Of a stretch of 64,000 bases of DNA, positions 36,111 to 48,100 are shown piece by piece. The notes below the pieces were generated by a model. The model searched no databases. It was not told the origin of the DNA and saw nothing but the letters and a program-made list of their open reading frames with translations. Within the stretch, counting starts at the first letter, position 1. Each line of letters begins with the position of its first letter. The position numbers and the translations under genes were made by a program. The stretch spans positions 2,604,001 through 2,668,000 of the forward strand of contig OZ038379.1 of the NCBI GenBank assembly GCA_964036045.1. The letters run 5' to 3'. This stretch comes from Eutreptiella sp. 'Long Island Sound 2002' (Eukaryota > Protista > Euglenida).

Positions 36111-39100
36111 CTGCATTGGATGTGGGGCTCCAGAGACATGGGGCGCAGGAGGGGGCTCCTGCCTCAGGGTAGAGAGGCCTGGATGAGCACTGTGGGCCAC
36201 GAGACTCCGATTGTCCTATCCCTCCCTCCCTCCCTCCTCTCCATACTTCCTGGCTGCAGCCTCTGAGTGCATGTTCAGCCAAAACAGTAACTCCCGTATC
36301 CGTTGTGGTGGTATGTCCCGTGTAGAAATGCTGCTTGCCAACTCCTAATCGATCCATACATCCTCTCCCTCCCTCCCTCCTTCCTTCGCAGGTGCACTCG
36401 TGGCAAACTGTTTGGCAAAGGCATCTGAGTAGGTGCCAAGGTAATAAAGCGTGCAAGATGCGGAACGGGAGGGGACCCCAGGGCCCCAATGCAGCATGGG
36501 AGGGGACCCAAGTCCCCAGTGCTGCGCAAGATGAAATGAGAGAGGACCCAAGAACCTCGATACAGCATGGGAGGGGACCCAAGGGCCCCCGTGTTGCACA
36601 AGATGTGAAACAGGGGGGGGGGACCTGGGGCGGCTGAGGTAGCCTGAATGCCAGAAGGTGAGACAGCCGAAGGAGCTGTCACGATGGTGCAGCTGCAGAG
36701 CATGGTGATTGGACGTAGACAGCCAGCTGCTGACCACTGGTTATGGCTGCTGAAGCATGCAACGGTACCCTGTGTACCGCTACTGTGACATGTGTCTTAT
36801 GCCAAGGGTCCCACACTGCCAGAGGGAGGGAGGGAGAGAATTGGAGTTGGAGTTGGAGTTGGAGTAAAGCACATTACATGGTGCACAAACTGCCTGCCCA
36901 AGGACCATTAATGTGGCTGTTGTTTGGACTTTGTACGATACCAGGGGTCGCTTACACCTGAAGAGCCTTGCCTTGCATTCCGGTGATGTGGACCATACCA
37001 TGGGTGGTATGCAGGTCCTACTGCGGCCATGGGGCCTGCTGGCCATATTGTGGTCCATGTACTGTTCTGAGTCAGAGTCACAACCTCTGCTGCTCACTCA
37101 TCACCAATCAGTGGCATGGAGGGAGGGAGGGAGGGAGGGAGGGAGGGAGGGAGGGAGTTGGAGTTCCCCCCCCTCCCAGGTACCAGTGCCCAAATGCGAA
37201 AATTGTGTGGCTGTCCACCTTGGACACTACATTGCAGGCAATTTAGAAACCCACACTGCATATGAATGCCTAATGGACGAATTTCTCCCCGAAATCCAAC
37301 AGTTGTTTTCCCCGGCTAGACTGATCAACTGATCAACAATGTTCTCGTACCCTGTATTCTGTATCGTATGGAATGCACCCCAGTCTGTACCAACGAGATC
37401 AATACCTGGTCCACCACAATGATTGATTTCCTTCTGGGTGTTTGGGGCCTACCTACCTTCGCCGTTGACAAAACCTTGTTTTCCTCCAGGAAAGTTGGGA
37501 TAGGCATGGCACATACCGACCAAAGCACCCAAACGGGTGCGAGACATGGTGCTAAAATATGTTGAGTACAAGAACCAATGAATGGAGGTCACTCCTCAGG
37601 AGCATGCTTCCGCACGGCAACTCGAAACACAACCTCCACCCTACAAGCAGATATTTTGGCAGATCAATCGTAACTTGACCCTACAATCTCTGCCTTTTGG
37701 GGGGAACTAATAGGGAAGACTGCACACTGAGACAAGCACTTCATTGGATACTTCACATGTTCAACTGGGCACCGCCCGAGAACAACCTTCAGTGAGGGGT
37801 CATTTTTTCTTGAGAAAGACCTCTGTGGTGCCGATGCCATTCTTCCGGATGAAACATCAATTTTTGGGCGGCCGAGGGGGAAGGCTAGCAGATACATGTC
37901 TCAACTTTTGGCTATTATCTTGGCGGCAAAGCAACTACCCAACCGATATGCTATACTCTCTGCCTCCAAAGGGGCAGTCATGGCGGTGAATGGCTCTAAA
38001 CCAGCCATCAAGGAATCGCTGTACGCAGAATATGCCCCTTCTTTACTGACTGACTTATTTGCTTTACGGACCAAAAGAATTTCAGAGAAATGACTGCCTC
38101 TGCGCAGGAACCTTACCTGTTGGTGTGAGTAGAATTTTTCAAGCATCACCGCGAGGGGACACAACTACCCCAAATTGTGCTGGTTCACCGAAATTTCTTC
38201 CCATTGTGGTGAGACCCGCGAGTCCCTTCATAACTGATCTGTGGCGTTTTGCCACCAGAGCCACCCTCTCATCAGTGCATGGCTTGTGCACGGATCACGG
38301 CAGAAAGTGCAGTCCTACGTTGGAGAACCACAGCCTACAAGGCAGCATGTTTTACATGTGGCCAATTACTTTTGCCAGATGCCCATATCTCTTTCTTGCA
38401 GGGTGAATTTGGTAAAAGAAGGACTTTTCGTATGATCAGGAAATTTTATGGCAGTGTTTTAAACGAATTAATGGATGTTTTACCTGCATACTGCCCACCA
38501 GAAGGCCAGCCACCAAAACGGCCCTGGGTGGGGGATGAATCACATTGGTTGGACACAGGAGCAGCCACACATCAGGGGTGGTCAGAAAAAGAAAACCAGG
38601 AGACCGCCCAGAGAGTTTCATCCAGAGGATGTGGACATCATCATTGAAATGTACTGTTGTATAGCAGTAAATGCACACAATGAAGCAAATATAACATATG
38701 CACCAATGCCAATGTGCAGAATGGCCGATTGCCCGTGTACATAAGGCGCAGGTAGTCTAATTTTGCTGGACATCTGTACCAAGGAACCGGACTAAGATGT
38801 GCAGGCTTTACCTTTCCAAAAAAAAGCAAAAAAGAGGGAGTTGGAGTTGGAGTTGGAGCGAAGCACGTTATGTGGTGCGCAAACCGCCTGCCAATGGACT
38901 GTTTACATGGTGGATGTTTGGACTTTGCACGTTACTGGCTCCTGTTGCCGCTCTTGATTCGCACCAGCATGCCGTGTGCAGGTGCACCCTTTCCTCTTGG
39001 GTCCTTGGGTCCCCTCCCGTTTCGCATCTTGTGCAGCAGCACTGGGGTCCTTGGGCTTCCTCCCATACTGTGTCTCGTTTGAGCCGCCACAGAGAGCCCC

Positions 39101-42100
39101 CCTACAAAGGGCTCCATCCACTGGCATGTGTGTAGGGGGCATCGCTTGTCCAAAGTCACCGGGGGAAAGTAGTTTTGGTAGGGGACGGTGGGACAGTTGT
39201 CCCTCTGCTGACAAGAGCTGCTTCTGCCCCTTGGCGTTGCGCTGGGACACCACGCTGTGATTGAGGGCTCATGAGTGCGCAGTGGCACAGGGCACGGGTC
39301 CTGGCGCTGGGAGGATGTCCAGGAATGGCTTGGTGCCTGTGGCGCCAACGGGGTTGCGCAACCATCAGCAGCAGCCTCCCCAACCCCGCCCACGATCAGA
39401 CCGAGGCCGGCCAGCCCCATCTGACCCCTCATTTTTGCCGCCAGTGACCGCTAGGGATAGGGGTGATACGCAGGCGCAGACCTTGTAGGCGTCGTTGGCG
39501 ATGAGCTGCAGTAGACTGAAACTGTCGTTCGACGTATCCATCTTCAAGTACAACTCCCATGCCTGGGGTGAGGTGAGGTGAGGTGAGGGTTTTCAGGTGA
39601 TCTCCGAATTCCAGTGGAACCTTGCCCTTCCGTCGCAGCGTCCGCGTATAGTCAGAAATGCATCGTACGACGCGTCATGGTCGTACAACGCGTTGGGGCA
39701 CGACGCGTTGTACTACCCCCTTGCACATTGCACACCCGACCCGACACGGGTATCTCAAGTACACAGTATATACAACAAATGTAAAGTCCAGAAGGGATAC
39801 AGTATATGAAGTAGTGTATAACTATACAGTATAGACTATACAGAATAACGTGTACAGTATCCCGTGTTGTTCATCATCCGCCGAATGCAAAATCCGCGCG
39901 CCCCTGTGGTAGTGACATGGTCCAATTCATGGCCACCGACGGCACAATTCTAATTCAACATACGAACATGATCTTCAAGCCACAAAGCCAATCAATGCAC
40001 AACTACAGCGTGGGCCCAAAGGGGAACGTAAAAATGGCGCGTTGTGCAGCTGATTAGGCCCAAAGAGCACAGCCTCATTTCAGCGGATGCGTTCAGAAAC
40101 ATGGGGGGAGGGAGGGTCTGGTGTCGAGCCAGGCCCTTGCCATGGGGAATAAGCAGGTGGAGTGAAGAATGCCGAGCACGTCATGCACACGCCGACTTTT
40201 CTGGGCATCGCAGTGCGACCATGCAATTCAGTGCAGACTTGCCACTAGCGTCCGTCAGGGATCAGAAGGCCGGGTCCTACTGAGTTGAACACGGAAAAAT
40301 TTTTGTTCCTACTGAGTTCCGTGATCAACAGGAGCGGGTATTACTATGGCACATGGTGCGGGGCTGATCCCTTAGCTAACCCAGTTCCTCTGCCCGACAC
40401 TGGCGGCACGTCTGGTTTGGCACTTTCTGTGTACGCCACCTATACAAAACCCATACCGATCTGTGCAGCCCCCCTCCCGCAAAGAGTCGGCAGGCTTCTA
40501 CCCCAGGCCTTCATTTCATTCTCTGGTAAATACTCTCATAAAACTCACGCATTTGGCAGAACTGCACAGTCCGAAGAAACCCTATGTCTGCGGTGTTCCG
40601 TGGCGGTGCCCAACATGAAGTATGGTCTGATCTGGCCTGGTCAAAGGCGTTGCCTGATGCAAAGATGCATGAGAAGGGGCCTCAGAGGGGGGCCCAGATG
40701 CGGTTTGGCAGGCGGTTACGAGGAAGTTGGAAAGCGGTTGCGTGGCTGATGTCCAATGCGCTACCAATCCAAACCTGGGGCATCAAACCAGGGATGCATC
40801 GGAAGGGAGGTACCCGCCCAACACCCCCTCTGGTTACCTGTGGCCACTGTCTCCCCAACCGCAAGTGCCAGCTTCAACGGCATGTGCAACCGACAGCAAC
40901 CAGCCATCCGCACACCTTTTTGGGCTGTTCAATCATGATATACGATCTGGCCAACCAACTGACGAACCCATACGATGCCTTGTACTTCTCACTTCGCACC
41001 AATCCAAGGGTCTCAACGGCCTCCTTGTATTGACCAGCCGCAGCGAGTGCGGTTCCAAGATTCCTGGCGCAAGTATGACATACACGCACACACATGCACA
41101 CACACCAACATACACACACACACACACACCACAAAGACACATATACAACAGGGGGGCAGCAACCAGAATCAGACAGGCACTCGTCGCTGAGTGAATTCAG
41201 CAGGACGCAACCACTGTTCGAGACACAAAGGTGCTCTAGATTCATGGAAGACGACTAGGCGCCTTTCTGCAGCATGGGATGAGGAACAAGACACAAGTGT
41301 GTGTACACCTACATACACGCATACACACACACACACACAAATACACCAGGGGGGGGGGAAAAATGCGGTCGCCGGGATTGGAAAAAAATGCGGAAAAATG
41401 CGGAAAAAATGCGGAAAATGCGAGAAAAAATGCGGCATAAAATGCGGTTTTGCTAAAATGCTATAGGACTCCCAAAACCCCTATGTTTATCAAGACGCAT
41501 GTTGATCTGTTGACACCATCGCTCCATCAATGTGAAGACTACGGCCCCGGCTCAACATGCAAAGCGTGGTAGGGAAGTCTCACCCTTCTACTGTGGTTTA
41601 GGAGGAGGGGCGTTACACCCTCGGCAAGAAGCAGCAGAGCCCCAATACTGCCTCCACCCCATACCCCATTGAAGCAACCGGCTATTCGCCCCTCAATGGA
41701 TAGCTTAACCGCCCGTAAGAATACAATGGCGGCTGCCGGAAGCCTTCCCAAGCCCACAGGGTGCCCAGTCCAGTGAGCTTGGCGTATCGATGCGTTTCGC
41801 GGTTCGTTGCCCCCGACTATTCGCCCCTAGTTGGATAGCTTAACCGCCCGTACAAATACGTTGGCGGCTGTCGGAAGCCTTCCCAGGCCCACAGGGTGCC
41901 CAGTCCAGTGAGCTTGGCGTATCGATGCGTTTCGCGGTTCGTTGCCCCCGACTATTCGCCCCTAGTTGGATAGCTTAACCGCCCGTAGGTATACGTTGGC
42001 GGCTGTCGGAAGCTACACTATACAAGGCGCCCTTCGACATCCAAGTTGAAGCGCGCCATAAAAGCCAATCGCCTCATCTGATTCAACAACTTGTTTTGCT

Positions 42101-45100
42101 TCTTGGAGACGTTGCCAGCTTGCGAGAAGAACCTCTCCACTGCCCCACTGCTGGTAGGGATGGTGATCAAGAACAACACCGCCTCCTTGAAAAGGGAGTC
42201 TGGCCGACTCTCCCACCATGCAAGAAGTTCATCACCGTTGTTGATGTTCCGGAACTCCGTTTCCCGGTACAAATTCCACTCCTCTTGGACGCCAGGAACT
42301 TCATCCAGCTTCAGCGACTTGTAGGAGGACAAGTTTGTATCCATGTCACTGAGGTTGCGTGGGTTGAGCACACGCAGCTGCTGGAAGAACTCAAGTTGTT
42401 CAGCCTCCTTCTCGAAGCGATTCTTCAACGCATTGAGCATCTCCTCCATCACACCAAACAATTTCCGGCGGATACTATCTGCGGACCTGGGCAACTTCTT
42501 CAACGCCTCCTCAATCCGCGGATGCAATATCTTCCGCTGCAGAGTATCCTCCCAATGGAACTGGACGTCCTTCATCTTGTCGTACACGAAGCAGGCCACT
42601 GGTCCATCGGATTGCGCCAAGTTGATGGCAGCCATGAGCACGGAAGTGTGATCCGTGATGAAAGCCAACCGCACGACACAATTCACTCCTTGCTTCGTGA
42701 TGCAATCGTGAATCTCATGCATAAGGGACAAATTCTCCTCGTTGCGCTTTGTCTTTCCAGCATCCAGAACCACAAAGTCCTTCCACGCCTCCCAATTTTC
42801 ACAATACCAATCAGCACCATCTCGCCACGATGTCCATCTCGTATCTCCAATATTGGGAGGGACCGTCTCCAAGCCAGAGCGCTCTCGCCAGCGGCGTCGG
42901 CGGGCAGAATGCATTGGTACTTTAACCAGAGAAGATGAGCGATAAAGAAGATTGATCATGGAGAACACGTCGTGCTTCCGGAGGATGTCACCAATGCCAG
43001 CTAGCTTGTGACTCCAACACAAAAACCACCGGGCGTTCCTCCAAACATGCTGCAACACGTGCTTTGCAGCGGCGACCACGGTGCTTCCCTCGTCGGAAAT
43101 GACAAAGTTGATGCGGTCTGGATGAATCTGCGCAGTGGCTAAGGAGCTCAGAAGGGCACCCGCGATCTCTTTGTGCTCCACACCCCGCTGCGGACCCTTG
43201 CCCTCGAGGAAAGCAACGTCGATGCAGAACTTCAACCGGCCTCCAACATGGGCAATAATTGCAAGAACGGGCACCCCGCGTTCATCTGTCCACTCATCAA
43301 AAAGTAGTGTGGTGTTGCGGTCGGCAGTCTTCTTGTGAATTGCTCCTCGGTGCCCGTCAAGCACACGCTGGCCGTTGACTTTGGGGAAGTCAGAGCTGCC
43401 TTGCGGCAAGCAACCGGCAATGGTGGTGTACTTCTGCAACCAAGCACGCACAAGGGGGTGATCCAGCTTGTCCAACGGGATGCCGGCACCGGCGAAGGCA
43501 AAGACCGTATCATCAGCGGCCTTGTTCTTGTCGTTGCATGACGCCACAACGGATTGTAGGCTGGGCTGCCTCATTGCGGCTTTATGAGGTAGAGCATCTG
43601 CCTCTGCCTCTAGGCGGCGCTCGACCCGTGCCTTCTCCCTCTTCTGCATAGTCTCAACGGCCACCTGGTGCTTTTTGGAGTCCAAATGACATTGGACTGT
43701 GCTCTTCGTTGTGTGGCTCACGGGGCATCCACACGCATCGCACCATAGTACTTCAATACCAAGATCATTGGTGCGGAGACTCAGGGGATGGCCAGGGAAT
43801 TGTTCCTTCCGCTTCCCAGGGCCCATGGTGCAATACTTTGCGCCGGCACCACCTCTCCCCTTACCACGTACTTTGCGGCGGGGTGGGCTATTTCCATCAT
43901 CAGATGTGGGCTCAGAAGGAGGGCAATGGGAGGGCATAGCATGTGACATGTCTAAGGGAAAAGGAGCCATGTAACAAACAAAAGTGGCGGTGTTGGGAAG
44001 GTATGCAAACACTGACTTGACTACAAAACTACCCTTTAGTTGAACTACACAATGCCACTTGAATGTATCCTCTTGAACATTACACTAAGGGACCTGCCCA
44101 GAAAATGCGAAAAAAAATGCGGAAAATGCGAAAAAATGCGAATCGCATTTCCCCCCCCCCCCTGAATACACGTACAAATACACATACAAATACACACACA
44201 CGCACGCATACACATGCAGAAACACATACACATACATACACATCCACATACCACCCCCTTGCCCAGGAACCAGCAAGGTGTTGCCATTTTATGCCTTCTT
44301 TGCGTATTATTCACCTCATTTGGCCATCAGTGCTTCCCAATGGACTGGCACCCAACCTGCCTGTGCGGTTTTCAGCCCGAACAGCCCAAAAATCCAAGTT
44401 TTTCAACCCGATTTCTTGGATGTTTGCAAGTGCCCATAATAATTAAATATCACATACACGGAATGTTTTGGGCCTTATTTTTTTACACCTTTTCCAAAAA
44501 TCACACCCTTTTAAAATTTTTGAATTTGATTTTGGGACAGGCCTGCTGCTCTGCAAAAAAAAATCCTGTTGCACTACAGCAGCAATAAACCTTCCTGCTC
44601 AGTGGCAGCAAAAAAGCCTGCCGTTTCGTGGCCGCAAAAAAGGCCTATCGCTCAGCACAATACGGCGTCTCACTCAGCAGCAGCAAAGGCTTGTTGTTCT
44701 GTGACCCTACAGAGGCCTCATGCAATGTGGCTGCTAGACCAGTTGACGGCCTGGGGCTCTGTGGCAACAAAAAAGGCGGCTGTCCAGGGCCAGTGAAAAT
44801 GGCCTGTGGCCCAGTGGCAGCGAAAAAACCTGCTGCACTGTGGCTGCCAAAAAAGCGCACAACTGAGGGGCACCAACAAAAACCTGCTGCTCAGTAGCAG
44901 CCATAAAACCCACTGCAGTGTGGCAACAAAAAGGCCTGTAGCTGCAGGACAGCCAGCCTATTTCCTTCCCTTTTGCGGAAGTGTGGAAAGGATAAGAAAG
45001 AGACGAAATGAAAGGATTTTGTGCAGCCACAGTGCTGCAGGCATTTACATTACCACTCAGCTGCAAGCTTTTTGCTGCCACGGCGCAGCACGGTTTTCTG

Positions 45101-48100
45101 TGGTCACTGAGCATAGGCCTTTTTGTTCTGGTGTGATTTGAGGCGGGCTTTTTGATACTACAATACAACGGATCGTTTGGCTACTGCAGGACGTTTAGTT
45201 GCGGCAGCTTCGTGGATGCCAAAAAAGGGCTGTCCCCCCACAGGGCATTGCGGCAGCAACACCGCCTGCGGCTATGCAGCAAACCAAGCGGCCGCACAGG
45301 GGCGGTGAAAATGTCTTCCTGGTCAGTGGCAGCAACAAAGCCGTGGCGCTCAGTGGCAGCAACAAAGACAGCTGCTCAGCAGGAGGCAAAAGCTTGCTGC
45401 ATTGTGATTGCCAAAAAAGGCTTGCTGCTCCGGGGCAGTGATAAGGCCTGCTGCCCTGTGTCAGGAAAAAAGGCGTGCTGCCCCCATGTCAGCTTAAATA
45501 CCTGCTGCTCAGGGGCAGCAAGGAGCCTTGCTGCACCGTGGCAACAGCATACCATACTCCTCCATGGCAGCAAAAAATCCCGGCTGATGCACCGCAAACG
45601 GGTCTGCTGCACTGTGAACATCCTGTCGCGCAGTGGCACCAACAAGAGCCAGCTGCTCAGTGGCAGCAAAAAAGGCTTCCTGCACTACAGCATCCGGCAG
45701 CAAAAAGCCTGCTGTTCTGCGGCACCAAGCAAGGCCCAGTGCTTCGCCAAGAAGGGCGGCAGCGACAACGGCCTGCTGCTTAGTGGCATCAAAAAAGGCC
45801 TGCTGCTTAGTGGCAGCCAAAAGGAATGTTGCCCAATGGTAGCAAAAAGCCTGCAGCACTGTGGTAGCCAAAAAGCCTTCTGCCCTTTGGCAACAAAAAT
45901 GGGCGAGTTGCTCTGTGGCAGCAAAAAAACCATCCACAGTGTGGCAACATACTTGTTGCATCATGACAACTAAAATGCCGGGCTCACTTTGGCAACAAGG
46001 CCAGCCACATTGTGGTCGCAAAATGCACACCTCCTCTCAAGTAGCAAAAGGGCTTCATAAGTAAAGTGACAGCAAAACTATCGCTGGAGCTTATGGACAC
46101 CGTTTGATGAGACAGTGGCAGACCTTTGGGGGAGTACAGGATTGATGAGGAATGGGGAATGGTTTGGGGTGTGTGAGTAGGGCGCATGGGGACTGTGGGG
46201 TAAGGGGCATGGCAGGGGCTGTGTGGGGTACTGGATACTGCAGATACCGCTGAATCCAACCTTGCCTGTGGGGAGGGCATTCACCTGAATGCGAAAGACC
46301 CATTTGTTCTCTGCCATCCCTTGATGACCCATTGTGCGATCTGATGACTAGGTTGTGGTTCATATCGGGACCCTTTGCATTTCTGAAATCTTAAATCTTA
46401 AATCCAGCATAACTCTGCTTATGAATAGTGATATCCCCGACCCAGGTTGATGTTAGCCCCCAACAATCGCACATATTGATGCTTCAACTTCGCCTTGAGA
46501 CATAGGCCCCGCAAATATGATGTTTCCCCCGCTACTAAAGATCTACCACCACTGAACTTAAGCGGTGAAACCTGAGCAGTGTAGCATTTGTGCGCGAGAA
46601 CTTTCAGAATGCTGGCTGCAACATCCATGACTCTCTGCAAACCCATCATGGCTTTATGAATGCACACTTGAGCCATAGGGATAACTGTTAAACTTCTGGA
46701 TGCAAACACAGAGAGAGACAGGCACACACAATACGTGAAGGAGACCAAGAACCCCGAACCCACTGAAGATCGCAGACGGGCAGGGCACTGGTCAAAACAG
46801 CTCGTCAGGCCACAACGGAAAACATTGTTGTCATTGAGGCTAGGCACCTTTTTGAGGGACAGCGTGACGGGGGGTGGCAGTGTTCATCCACAAGTGCAGA
46901 GTCATGTACACAGGCACACACACACACACACGCACACACATGTAGAGAGAGAAGGGGGGGGGGGCATGTTGGGGACACTTTGGGAATATCTGTCAACGGA
47001 TTTGGGGGGGGGGGGCAACTGGGTGGGCATCGCATACGTACACGGAGACCAAATCATGAGCTCATCCGAAGCATGCCTCCCCTGTTGACAGTTTCGTCCA
47101 GCTTTCCCCTGTATCCAGTTTTGCGGCCTCTACCCAGCGATATATCCCACATCAGGGCCTCGTGACATTGAGCGAGTGGACGCAGGGAGGATAGGGCATA
47201 TTTCCACCCATCCTTCACCATCCAACGGTTTTGCCCTCTCCAAAAAAAAAAGCCAGCGCTCACAGTCAGTGCACGAGAGAACAAGCCCAGAAACCAAACA
47301 AGAAAAAGGCAGCCCTTCTGGAACCCAGCCTTAACAATGGGGACACACTGCATAGACGACACGTGCAGCCCCTCACCACAGACCAGTTGAAATCATCCTC
47401 CTCGGAAAAGTAGGTCTTGATGGAGTTGAGGTACACTAACACATCGTCAAACTGCTTCAACAGAAAAAAGCAGGACGCCATGCACTGCCGGCCTATGCGA
47501 TGAAGGACGAGAGGGATCGCGTTGGGGGGCGCGGTGCGGTTCGTCGCCACAAGCACAGCATGAAGCGAGAGAGGCCCTGAAGCAAACATGACCCAAACCA
47601 ATTCCACGTCATGCGTGGCAACACGTTCATCGAAAACATGAGCACTGTATCGCGGCCGCTCTGTGTGCGAGTAGGCGTCAGGCAGAGTTTGCGACTTCGA
47701 ATTTGACTTCCGAATTCGCCCCGAATTCGCCCCGAATTCGTCAAATTTGCTTGCCCTTCACAGAGGGCCTGATTGTAAAGCGAATTCGTCCATTCCAATT
47801 GGTTTCGCGCATTCGCCCAAATCGGCAATCCTTTTTTTTAAGTCGACCCGAACAGGACGCCCTATCTGCGAGCACCCTCCTGCACACATCGGCATCGTTA
47901 CACGTAAACAGGGTCCTGCGGTACCACTACCGATACTGCTTGGCGCGTAGCGGGCACACAGTGGGCACGTAGCTGTCGCTGCATAGTGGATGCATGGAGG
48001 GCGGACGCACAGCAGCAGTGCAGGAGAGCTGCGCGGTAGCAAACAGACTGCAGCATCGCAAAAGCAGGCTCAATTTGGTTGTAGCCGCGCAGGAGGGTCT

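Larger units (their letters stand above)
41347..44164 (-). mobile_element. Autonomous-looking hAT DNA transposon in IFT56 intron 8
   Basis: Termini CAGGGGGGGGGGAAAAATGCG (41347) and CGCATTTCCCCCCCCCCCCTG (44164). Flanks share AATACAC (41340-41346 and 44165-44171). AAAATGCG(G) subterminal repeats at both ends. Contains one uninterrupted transposase ORF. Confidence 0.92.

Noticed and set aside
42096-42938. 280-aa plus-strand ORF
   Set aside because: Antisense shadow of the hAT transposase.
44535-45960. CRISPR-like array, or the 273-aa Cys/Lys-rich ORF 45152-45973
   Set aside because: The units are contiguous and degenerate with no unique spacers, and there are no cas genes. The peptide repeat drifts between frames, so the ORF is a by-product of the minisatellite.
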